Source: Puniceicoccales bacterium
GTDB taxonomy: Bacteria > Verrucomicrobiota > Verrucomicrobiia > Opitutales > JAIRLM01
Direction of reading: 5' to 3'
Assembly: GCA_031268535.1 (NCBI GenBank)
Contig: JAIRXB010000010.1
Span: 1-32,000, forward strand
DNA: 32,000 bases
Positions within the stretch are counted from its first letter, which is position 1, and the number at the start of each line of letters is the position of its first letter. This document shows, in pieces, positions 10,401 to 16,374 of this stretch. Under the pieces are notes generated by a model. The model saw only the letters and a program-made list of their open reading frames with translations. It was not told the origin of the DNA and did no database searches. The position numbers and the translations under genes are program-made.

Positions 10401-13400
10401 CGAAATAATTCAAAGGTGGACTCGTCAACATTCCACTCTTCTCCGCTACGTACGGTTAACCGTAAGCGCATGGCGTCGACGAAGCCCTCCAGCAATCGAT
10501 CCGATTCATCTTCACTTCCCCGTTCCCTCAGAAGAGATGCCCACACGGCGACGGCGCAGTTGGTGCGCACAGCGGGGGCTCGACCGGAGCCGCAATATGC
10601 CACCACAAGCGCTGCGGATTTATCGAGCGCAGTTTCGCGCAGTTTCGCGTCCTTGCTTATCGCGGCAAAATCAAACAATTCACCCACAAGATCGATCGGA
10701 AACGGAACTGACTTATTTCTCCACTTGCCATCTTCAGAAACAAATAGGCTGAGCCCGCCACTTGTGGCAGCTCCGGCATATGACAGCTTCGCAAGCTCAG
10801 TCACTGCTTCGTCGCCGGCAGCTTTGATGAACAGGTCCTCTATGGGACGCAGCTCGCAAATCGAAATGAGCTGCTCGACAATTACACTTTTAAAAGTGCT
10901 ACCGGTTTTCCCATTCCATTGGGGCAACTTGAGCGCATCAAGCAATGCATTGGGGGTTTTGTTTTGGCGCACGACTGCACGCAATACTTCATAGTCATTA
11001 TGGCCGAAGCCGCAAAAATCTGACAGTAAAATTTCTTCGCAGGTTTGGTTGACATTCCCATCGACAAAAACGGCAGATTCGTATGCCGCAAAAACCTTTT
11101 TGAGGTCATCTTCTTTACCTTCGAGTGCGGCAACCAAACTGCTTCTAGCGGTCGACATCTCGCTAAATTTCACCGCCGCTAGCGCTGCGCGGGACAGCTC
11201 GGCATTCGCATTATGGTGATGCTTGGTTTTGTCACCAAATGAAATGGCCAGTTTCGCTAAATCCTCGGTGTCAGCGGCCGCTGGTTCGCCAAACGGCAAA
11301 AGTAAATGGGGGAGTTTGTCAAAAACAAAATACGCGAAGTATTTCATACGTCCACCGTGGCCCGATTCTTTATTGCAACGCCACCCGTCGACCACGCCAA
11401 AAACTAATTCTCCCACGGCAGCAATGACTTCTCCACGGGTAACAGGCGGCGGTCCTTTGACGCTCTCCGCCGCAATGGCGTCGCGCACTTCAAGGTATGC
11501 TCTATAGGATGGCACAAGCCAGCTATCCGCATCAGCTTTTTCTACCGCGGCAGCTGGAGGGCTATAGCCAAGGAACTCCATGAGATCAGCTGTGCGACGT
11601 CTGATTTCCTGCGCACAATCATAAGTCCTGCCGGTGAAATACGCAAAAATATCCTCAAGTTTGGCTGCGGCATTGCCGTCGCCGCAGCCATCGCGGCACC
11701 AGTTTTCGACGCAACTCAAAAGGCAACTGACGTGATGCTGCTCATTGTACCAAATGCAGTTCGCATCTTTTTTGGCGGCATCCAGCAAATCATTCAGCCT
11801 GTGGGCCAAACCGAAAACTTGCCTAGTTTTTTCGAAGCCACGGTCGCACTTTTCAAATACGGCCACCGCTTTTGCCAGCAATCCTTCACTAATGGCAAGA
11901 CCAGATTTTAACGGCGCGATAGGGCTTTCGCCCGCTTTAGCGGGCTCCAGAAACGCTGCTCGAAATAATTCAAGGGTTGACTCGTCAACAATCCACCTTT
12001 CGCCGCTATATGCGGTTAACCGTAAGCGCATGGCGTCGACGAAGCCCTCCAGCAATCGATCCGATTCATCTGCACTTCCCAGTTCCCTCGAAAGAGATAC
12101 CCACACTGCGCCGATGCAGTCGGCGCGCACAGAGTCGTCTTGATCGGAGCCGCAATATGCCGCCACAAGCGCTGCGGATTTATCGAGCACAGTTCCGCGC
12201 AGTTTCGCGTTATTGCTTTTCGCGGCAAAATCAAACAATTCATCCATAAGATGAATCGGAAACGGAACTGACTTATTTCTCCGCTTGCCATCTCCAGAAA
12301 CAAATAGACTGAGCCCGCCACCTATGGCCGTTCCGATATCTGACAGCTTCGCAAGCTCAGCACTTGATTGGTCGCCACTGCGAATAACCTTTTCTAGTTC
12401 CCGCAGCTCTTTCGAGAGATAGCTCCAAAAAGCCTTATTTTCTGCAACAACAGTCGGATCGCCAAATACCTCTTTGGCAATCTGAAATGCACCGTCACCG
12501 GCCAAATGGCCGACGACGCTAAACGGGGAAAGGGATACATCGCCATCGGCCAGTTTTCCGGCTAGAATTTTCGCCAAGGCGAAAATCTCATCCATGAGAG
12601 AAATTTCCACAGCGCATCCAGATTCGTCAGTTGAGCCACTAAACCTAACGGGCAAAGGATCTGGAACCGCCGAGACGCAACCAATCATATCGTTTAGGAG
12701 CGCAGCCCTGAACGGACTAATGGCATCTCCGCTGCCATCTTTGCCGCGCAGAGAAATTAGCGCTTTCGCGGCGGATGCCCTAAATACATCAATTTCATCA
12801 CCGGCTTCCACTGCAAGTGTTAGCAGCCGACTCATCACGCCTTTATTTTGGACAATGTAATCCACAACATCCTTGCGGTCAGCAAGGTCACGCAGAAACG
12901 GCGGCGCATCGTACCAGACACCCATATCAAACTTAAACAAATCCGAAAATATGGAACATCCAAACAGCGCCTGCGCTGCTCTATTACTGTAACTCGAATC
13001 AAGCTCGGCGGCCATCGAAACCAAGGCGCCTCTCAGCTCATCTTCGCCACCTTTGCTGAGTCTGCTTACTTTTATACTTAAACCTGCAGACTCAAACAAA
13101 CTATGCTGCAACAAATCACCTTCATCTGTAGGAGAAGATTTCTGGGCTGGTTTTGGTGGCGCATCGCCTTTCAGATGTGTGGACGGCCTACCGCGGGGTG
13201 CTCTCGCATGTGGCGGCGGCTTTGGTTGCGAAACGGCCGGAGGCTGCGCGGGTTTTGCTGCTGGCGGAGGAGGCGGTGGCGGAGAAGATGGTGCTGATGG
13301 GGCTGGCGGCGGTTGCGCAGCTGCAGACGGATTTGAACCAGGCTGCGGAGATGTAACTGCAGGCGGCGCAGCTGGAGGAGGCGTAGATGGAGGCACCGAA

Positions 13401-14197
13401 GATGCAGGCGGAGCAGGCGGCGGTGGCGAAGAAGGTTGCGGCGGTGGCGAAGCTGGCGGAGGTGTAGCCGAAGGAGGCTGCGCGGGTTTTGCTGCTGGCG
13501 GAGGAGGCGGTGGCTGAGAAGGAGGCGATGGCGGAGCAGATGGTGCTGATTGGGCTGGCGGCGGTTGCGCAGCTGGAGGAGGCGTAGATGGAGGCACCGA
13601 ACCGGACGGAGAATTGGGCTGCGACGACGACGGCGATTTGCCGGACGTCGATTGCGGACCATGCAGCCCGCCAGAAGCCGAACCGCCCGGCGACGGAGAG
13701 CCAGAAGCGCCAGCGGCGTGTCCAGCGGTGGCGCCACTTCTCCCGCGGTCCTTCGGCCGTACGCGGGTGGCGGGTTTTCCAGGTTCTTCGGACGCATCGG
13801 AAGCGCCGCTGGCAATTTCCTCCCGCTGCGCTGGCGTGGCGGCGAAAAATTCACTCAGGTAGCCAATGAGCGTTTCGCGATTCTTGATTCTGCGGAAAAC
13901 GTAACAGGCATATGCAACCCAAACAATTCCAACGCTAATAATCGTCAGAGCAATCCACAGCAAAGTCCGCGCCGCACCCGAACGGCAGTAAACGGCATTC
14001 AGCACTTGGTCTAAATTATAATCGACGCCTTCGGCCCGATAGGCCAATGCATGTTCAGTGACATCGTCGCTACCCTTTAATCCTTTCAGCCGTTTCCCAT
14101 ACCTGAAAATAACGGCGGAAGCTTCGAGGAAACCAAGCTTAAGCTCATCATTGCCGCGCATTTCTTCTTTTAAAGGGCAATTGCCAAGCAAAGTCAA
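4451..14197 (-). CDS. Giant membrane-anchored Pro-rich repeat protein, family member 2 (3,248 codons from TTG at 14197; first ATG at 14161)
   Basis: A single uninterrupted 9.7-kb ORF. The hydrophobic segment is RTLLWIALTIISVGIVWVAYACYVF (about nt 13895-13966), followed by RRIKNR. The Pro-rich linker spans about aa 165-355 and includes PPPPPPAAKPAQPP twice. Four repeats of about 520 aa span aa 614-2729. A unique helical Cys-containing C-terminal region of about 520 aa follows. I recognise no enzymatic motif. Confidence 0.9.
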   Translation of the reverse strand: MTLLGNCPLKEEMRGNDELKLGFLEASAVIFRYGKRLKGLKGSDDVTEHALAYRAEGVDYNLDQVLNAVYCRSGAARTLLWIALTIISVGIVWVAYACYVFRRIKNRETLIGYLSEFFAATPAQREEIASGASDASEEPGKPATRVRPKDRGRSGATAGHAAGASGSPSPGGSASGGLHGPQSTSGKSPSSSQPNSPSGSVPPSTPPPAAQPPPAQSAPSAPPSPPSQPPPPPPAAKPAQPPSATPPPASPPPQPSSPPPPAPPASSVPPSTPPPAAPPAVTSPQPGSNPSAAAQPPPAPSAPSSPPPPPPPAAKPAQPPAVSQPKPPPHARAPRGRPSTHLKGDAPPKPAQKSSPTDEGDLLQHSLFESAGLSIKVSRLSKGGEDELRGALVSMAAELDSSYSNRAAQALFGCSIFSDLFKFDMGVWYDAPPFLRDLADRKDVVDYIVQNKGVMSRLLTLAVEAGDEIDVFRASAAKALISLRGKDGSGDAISPFRAALLNDMIGCVSAVPDPLPVRFSGSTDESGCAVEISLMDEIFALAKILAGKLADGDVSLSPFSVVGHLAGDGAFQIAKEVFGDPTVVAENKAFWSYLSKELRELEKVIRSGDQSSAELAKLSDIGTAIGGGLSLFVSGDGKRRNKSVPFPIHLMDELFDFAAKSNNAKLRGTVLDKSAALVAAYCGSDQDDSVRADCIGAVWVSLSRELGSADESDRLLEGFVDAMRLRLTAYSGERWIVDESTLELFRAAFLEPAKAGESPIAPLKSGLAISEGLLAKAVAVFEKCDRGFEKTRQVFGLAHRLNDLLDAAKKDANCIWYNEQHHVSCLLSCVENWCRDGCGDGNAAAKLEDIFAYFTGRTYDCAQEIRRRTADLMEFLGYSPPAAAVEKADADSWLVPSYRAYLEVRDAIAAESVKGPPPVTRGEVIAAVGELVFGVVDGWRCNKESGHGGRMKYFAYFVFDKLPHLLLPFGEPAAADTEDLAKLAISFGDKTKHHHNANAELSRAALAAVKFSEMSTARSSLVAALEGKEDDLKKVFAAYESAVFVDGNVNQTCEEILLSDFCGFGHNDYEVLRAVVRQNKTPNALLDALKLPQWNGKTGSTFKSVIVEQLISICELRPIEDLFIKAAGDEAVTELAKLSYAGAATSGGLSLFVSEDGKWRNKSVPFPIDLVGELFDFAAISKDAKLRETALDKSAALVVAYCGSGRAPAVRTNCAVAVWASLLRERGSEDESDRLLEGFVDAMRLRLTVRSGEEWNVDESTFELFRNAFLEPAEAGKNPIAPSKPGLVISERLQAKVVDALKKCDSDLGKTRKVINSADQLIGSLRGELENNLRDAFGEADYNLRFWHRKHVRCIMSCVENWYRDGCGDGSAAAELADILEWSISGMFTLGQEAICGIVDLVELLGYSPPTAAVEEFDGDYARSKEFAMAYGAYLEVRDAIANVRHREPPGTRGDAIAAVGELVFNAVDGWRRFASVGRGRETIRRYFLSFVFSGLPNLLLPLGGRVGADELVKLAISFGDSTEHPNNANVELSMDAISVVRFSEMKAARSSLFAALEGKENDYESVFEVYKSAVFVDGNVNQTCEEILLSLHCGFGKHGHGKIHCAALENENLDALLEALKFPPWKGGTGSTFKSVIVEPLISICELRPIEDLFIKAAGGKAMTELAELSRPGMAIDDGLCLFVSEDGKWRNKSVPFPIHLVDELFDFAATSKDAKLRETALDKSAALVVAYCGSDQDDSAVRASCAGVVWASLLRERGGSEDESDRLLEGFVDAMRLRLTVRSGEGWNVDESTFELFRNAFPEPAEAGKSPIAPSKPGLVISERLRAKAVDALKKCDSDFKKTGQVFGLAHGLNDLLDVAEKDADYIWHNEHVSCLLSCVENWCRDGCGDGNAAAGLEDIFAHFAGRTYDGATEIRRHTADLMELLGYCPRDAAVEKFDGDYASSEELTAAYGAYLEVIAAVSGKKPPVTTRGEVIAAVGELVFNAADGWRSSAPVERGSETIQRRFSSFVFSKLPNLLLPFGKPAAADADDLAKLAISFGDSTDHPHNANVELSMGAIGVVRFSEMQAAKKHLFAAIEGKEKDYKKVLEAYKTAVFVDGKVNQICEEFFLSDFCGFRGNNHELRAAALQNKTPDALLEAFGSTQWSAETGSIFKRAIAEPLISICALHHVDDMFIKAVGDKAVTELAELSHAGVAISGGLCLFVSEDGKWRNESVPFPIDLVGELFDFAATSKDAKLCETALDKSAALVVAYCGSDQDDSVRTNCAVAVWASLLRERESEDESDRLLEGFVDAMRLRLTVRSGEKWNVDESAFELFQNALLDPAKAGKTPIVPSKPGLAISERLRAKAVGALEKCDSDLEKTRKVINLADQLIGSLRGELGNDLRNASGGADCNLESWHRKHVRCIMSCIENLCRDGYGDGSAAAGLKDIFAHFTDRTSDGAQEIRCHTAGLMELLGYSPPAAAVEKSDGDYARNKELAIAYGAYLGVIAAVSGKKPPTTTRVEVIAAVGGLVSDVTDGWKSSLDKFRGGVDYSSCLSRLNVREGYFAHLVFGKLPHLLLPFGEPAAADADDLAKLAISFGDSTKHHHNANVALSRAALAAAKFSEMSTARSSLFAALEGKEADFKKVFAAYESAVFVDGKVNQTCEEILLSSFCGFKGYGCGKIHDAALQNENPDELLAALKFPPWKGGTGSTFKSVIVEPLISICELHSIVALLRKAAYGEAVDVTAAKEEILKFVLVDGEKVDSGNLRLLSSVVDNLLGEMASKAPTVSREYNKLMELLRFPSVTHGEKSYLLMIGAIRYAANYDKLNAAKRLIAEGITNGVGLGDQNVRDKLLAAVCVNGKIDEFLADHLCRWLRLSPESSLDLRVSALAEVEMPSEVAKDTSAASINAAMDVLCDVLKSSAGGSAGDAAVADVVRCLEFDIEVASNRKKVDDAIDAIGKFLGDKSAVADATEIGEICEAISAAIVDGEGNVCYGCVDQIRNKLANCGPRSEENVKALCEALSGKFGSLFDFDLLPHTADGIRAIVTVKSMLDDDMADASMRDAALAACARALRSGGYYYSGASPRCMGFLGEICALLKGCMAAENLSMGRIGEVCRFITDIWHLRGELAAHDCRYYDFGLGFGKIAGVRRTAIDRIVALAVVDSSASESGAAAVCNELVAMCRSSGIECIENIFCEISSMLELLCLGKVDVNDLQGALLRLSAVADAVDKCALGERELKVRDYFRYSLRYSLRELNSKRI
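6010..12358. repeat. Four tandem intragenic repeats of about 1.56-1.63 kb (units start at about 12358, 10798, 9202 and 7636 on the minus strand)
   Basis: Each unit begins ELA(K/E)LS....GGL(S/C)LFVS(G/E)DGK(R/W)RN(K/E)SVPFPI.L..ELFDFAA and ends ...STFKSVIVE.LISICEL. The marker tgaca(g/a)ct(t/c)cgcaagctc recurs with spacings of 1560, 1596 and 1566 bp. Antisense pseudo-ORFs recur with the same period (7072-7269, 8632-8829, 10234-10431). Confidence 0.9.
13238..13600. repeat. Duplication inside the poly-proline linker of the giant gene (offset about 234 bp)
   Basis: ggaggctgcgcgggttttgctgctggcggaggaggcggtggc occurs at 13239 and 13473. At protein level SVPPSTPPPAA...PPPPPPAAKPAQPP occurs twice, with offsets of 67-78 aa. 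Confidence 0.7.
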
Positions 14198-14288
14198 TGG
14201 CGAAACTCACCCTTCCAGATGGACTCGCAACAGAAACATATTGGCCGCAAAGCATCCTTACGGCTTCACCCACAATCTCTTGGGGTGA

Positions 14289-14317
14289 GCCATAGCCGCT
14301 GCGCAATGAGTAGTCAA
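14289..14317 (-). promoter_or_regulatory. Candidate promoter for the giant gene at the edge of direct-repeat copy B
   Basis: On the minus strand: TTGACT (14312-14317), a 17-nt spacer, then TATGGC (14289-14294). It is positionally equivalent to the copy A candidate. The -10 element is weak. Pattern matching only. Confidence 0.2.
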
Positions 14318-14378
14318 ACGAAATCTTCGGTCCGCAAAGACAAGCAAGGCGAACAAGTGTCGAAGCGCCACACTAATT

Positions 14379-14640
14379 TTAAACGGAAGATGGCGCCCCA
14401 ATCGCATTGCCATCGGCGAAATAGTTGGTAGGGAATCATCTTTGCGCAATGTGTCGATGGTCGTTTCAATTGCTTTGATTTTGGCGCCATTATCTGCGAC
14501 ATCCTTCAGCATCGCCCCAGCCACGATGCGCACCGCCGTCCTCGCGCCTCTAAGCCCAGCACATTCTGCTTCGTCACTTTTCCCGCATTCATTTGGCCAC
14601 GTGAAGCAATCATTTCCGTGCAAACGGAAATGAAAGGCAT
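14379..14640 (-). pseudogene. Frameshifted copy of the 87-aa small ORF
   Basis: The ATG at 14638-14640 gives MPFISVCTEMIASRGQMNAGK. A 1-nt loss follows (GGGGAAAAG in copy A, GGGAAAAG here), and a second 1-nt loss lies near the C-terminus. The middle part (SDEAECAGLRGARTAVRIVAGAMLKDVADNGAKIKAIETT) is conserved only in a shifted frame. Confidence 0.55.
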
Positions 14641-14688
14641 TTTCTTTTTCGGCTTTTACTAGTCATTTTTCACAATCCAATACCGACA

Positions 14689-14799
14689 TTAGCGTTTTCC
14701 ATGAATATGGAATTTGCAATTATCGATTGCTCCATCGGCGCCCTCTTTCGCTAGCGCCATACATTTTCGGAACGAGGTTGCTGTCCGGCATCCTAGCAT
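14689..14799 (-). CDS. Copy B of the candidate small Cys-containing ORF (36 aa)
   Basis: MLGCRTATSFRKCMALAKEGADGAIDNCKFHIHGKR. See the 2373-2513 entry for the substitution argument and caveats. Confidence 0.2.
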   Translation of the reverse strand: MLGCRTATSFRKCMALAKEGADGAIDNCKFHIHGKR

Positions 14800-14856
14800 C
14801 CTCGCAAATAAATCTCCAACCCCTTCGCATGGGGTCAGTCTTGCGTTGAAAGTAAA

Positions 14857-14936
14857 TGGTCGGGATGACTGGATTTGAACCAGCGACTTCTACGTCCCGA
14901 ACGTAGCGCTCTAGCCAGGCTGAGCTACATCCCGAC
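14857..14936 (-). tRNA. tRNA-Pro (anticodon CGG), with encoded CCA
   Basis: The reverse complement is GTCGGGATGTAGCTCAGCCTGGCTAGAGCGCTACGTTCGGGACGTAGAAGTCGCTGGTTCAAATCCAGTCATCCCGACCA. It has a 7-bp acceptor stem (GTCGGGA/TCCCGAC), an anticodon stem CTACG/CGTAG with loop TTCGGGA, and a T-arm GCTGGTTCAAATCCAGT. Confidence 0.92.
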
Positions 14937-15053
14937 TCCGCCACTGATGGACGATCGTTGGCGTCGGGCAAGGGAAAAATTCGCCAACAAAATGTTCCCG
15001 CCGGCGTAACGGACAGGTTGCATTGCGCTGCCGCACACCATAGGAATTCGCAA

Positions 15054-15626
15054 ATGAAAAAAAATCTATTCCTGGACGGATCCCTACATCCGTGCCGCAT
15101 AGGCCTTTGCCATCACTACGAAACGGCAAAGTGGCATGGCCGCGCCGTGGACGGGCTATTCTCCTCACTGGATGAACTTTTCAAAACTAGGCGAATGTCG
15201 CCGGAAGACGTGGAATGCATTGTGGCCTGCGCCGGACCTGGCAATAAAATGGGGCTGCGCGCCGTGAAGATGTTCATTGGCACAGCCGAAGCCATCGGCA
15301 TGGGCAAGCCGATCTACGCCTACAATGGCCTCGAAGCGGAAGCGCGGTGGATAGTGCGCTCCATGTCCCTGCGAGACTTCTCGGTCATTGCTCCAATCGG
15401 CAAAAAGCGCGGAGCCGCCATTACGGTCACCGGCGGAATCCTCGGAAAGACTTTTGCCGTCGAAAATTCAAACTTTAGCGGCAATGGGCGCACTTTCGCC
15501 ATGGACACCGGCTTTCTTCCGGCCGACGGCAATTTTGAAGCGGCTCCGGAGGTGCCGCCAAACTTTTTAATCGGCGCATTGGCGACTATGGCGCAGTCAA
15601 AAACGTTTGCGCCAATAGAACTCTAG
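15054..15626 (+). CDS. tsaB: TsaB/YeaZ-like protein (tRNA t6A37 pathway), divergent
   Basis: MKKNLFLDGSLHPCRIGL... and ...DVECIVACAGPGNKMGLRAVKMFIGTAEAIGMGKPIYAYNGLEAEA resemble E. coli TsaB ([54 protein letters not shown]). I prefer the ATG at 15054 over the track start at 14958, which abuts the tRNA. Confidence 0.6.
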   Translation: MKKNLFLDGSLHPCRIGLCHHYETAKWHGRAVDGLFSSLDELFKTRRMSPEDVECIVACAGPGNKMGLRAVKMFIGTAEAIGMGKPIYAYNGLEAEARWIVRSMSLRDFSVIAPIGKKRGAAITVTGGILGKTFAVENSNFSGNGRTFAMDTGFLPADGNFEAAPEVPPNFLIGALATMAQSKTFAPIEL

Positions 15627-15634
15627 GGCCCGCA

Positions 15635-16330
15635 TTAATCTTTGCGGAAAATTTGGATGCACCAAAAGGCAAACGTGCTGCGGTAATTTTGTAGGCACCG
15701 AAATTTCTTTGCGCAGAAAAAAAAATGTTCGATAATGTTGCATTATCCATGAACATTCTGGCGATTTCCCCGTTGCGTCGCTCTGAAATTACGGCCCGCA
15801 CCCATCTCTAGGATGGCACATTGCGGAATTTATTGGTGCCACAGCCAGTCTGCAATAGCTCGTTCGCAGCTATCTTTGGGGAGGAGAAGGTCCGTTTGCC
15901 AACAGTTCGATTTCTGGCCAGCCGCCACAATGGAACACCTCTGGCGTCGACTTATATGTTAAACTTCGCCGCCAAGGCGCCGCGGCTTCTCGCGACGGCT
16001 TGACACTTTGCCCTGCCCCTGCTCCAGCGGCCGCTTTATGGGCGTTTGCGATGGTGGAATCGATCAAATGTGTCTGCAAAGATTCCATTTTTTGTGCGTC
16101 AAGATTTTGCCCCGTTACCCACGCACTGTCCAGATGGCGTAGCGGCAATGGACTGTCCACCAATGGCCAAATTCTGACGAAATGTCCAGTCGTGCGACTC
16201 CAGTCCTAAAAATTTAGCACATTGCCTCGATGGAAGGCGGTCATTTCGACCATGGCGCCCATTCGGCGCCGACAGTAGCGACCGTAATATTTTTCACAGC
16301 TTGTCAGTGAACACAATTCTGCTTAAAGCA
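15635..16330 (-). mobile_element. Decayed IS5-family (IS427/IS1031-like) transposase remnant with multiple frameshifts
   Basis: Minus-strand fragments lie in different frames. They are GRHGRNDRLPSRQCAKFLGLESHDWTFRQNL (N-terminal-like), LIDSTIANAHKAAAGA (compare the canonical IDSTIVRAHQHAAGA), AVARSRGALAAKFNI (compare RSRGGLTTKIH), VDARGVPL, and NIIEHFFFCAKKFRCL (compare RNxIERFFxxLKxFRRIA). No intact ORF and no identified terminal inverted repeats. Confidence 0.5.
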
Positions 16331-16374
16331 CATAAATGGCGGCATTTCCCCGCCTGCAAATTTAAAGGCAGACC

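Larger units (their letters stand above)
14293..14817. repeat. Direct repeat copy B (partner 2005-2530), ending 40 bp from the tRNA-Pro 3' end
   Basis: See copy A. It lies immediately upstream of the giant gene, just as copy A lies immediately upstream of family member 1. Confidence 0.85.

Noticed and set aside
4545-12321. Dozens of 60-250-aa plus-strand and off-frame ORFs inside the giant gene (e.g. 10251-10994, 11745-12143, and the recurring 7072/8632/10234 set)
   Set aside because: They are nested in one continuous 3,248-codon ORF. Their recurrence simply mirrors the 1.56-kb repeat period, and their compositions are Ser/Arg-rich nonsense.
6010-12358. Regularly spaced repeats as a possible CRISPR or satellite array
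   Set aside because: The units are about 1.6 kb, contiguous, protein-coding and in-frame. There are no short repeat/spacer alternation and no cas genes.
6010-12358. Diversity-generating retroelement (template/variable repeat) as the source of repeat variation
   Set aside because: There is no reverse transcriptase in the window. By-eye differences between repeats are not restricted to adenine positions and include indels and whole-segment swaps.
13895-13966. Chlamydial Inc-type bilobed hydrophobic domain in the three family members
   Set aside because: The hydrophobic stretches are only about 26-32 residues, with a single small-residue kink. That is too short for the 40-60-aa two-helix hairpin typical of Inc proteins. 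I treat them as a single long anchor until topology is tested.
13053-14014. Long alternative-frame ORFs over the Pro-rich region (13053-13517 plus, Gly-rich; 13171-13854 minus, Arg-rich; 13550-14014 plus)
   Set aside because: They are low-complexity products of reading CCN/GCN-rich DNA in other frames or antisense. All are nested inside the 9.7-kb ORF.
2005-14936. Classical tRNA-integrated genomic island
   Set aside because: There is no integrase or recombinase ORF. The tRNA 3' end sequence (tggtcgggatgactggatttgaacc) is not duplicated near 2530. The flanking repeats are 525-bp gene-containing paralogous blocks, not att sites.
14720-15168. Minus ORFs 14720-15100 and 14911-15168
   Set aside because: They read straight through the tRNA-Pro gene and the tsaB-like 5' region, so they are spurious.
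16205-16235. TTAGCAC half-site resembling a CIRCE (HrcA) operator
   Set aside because: Only one half-site is present, with no inverted partner at 9-nt spacing, and it lies inside the IS remnant.
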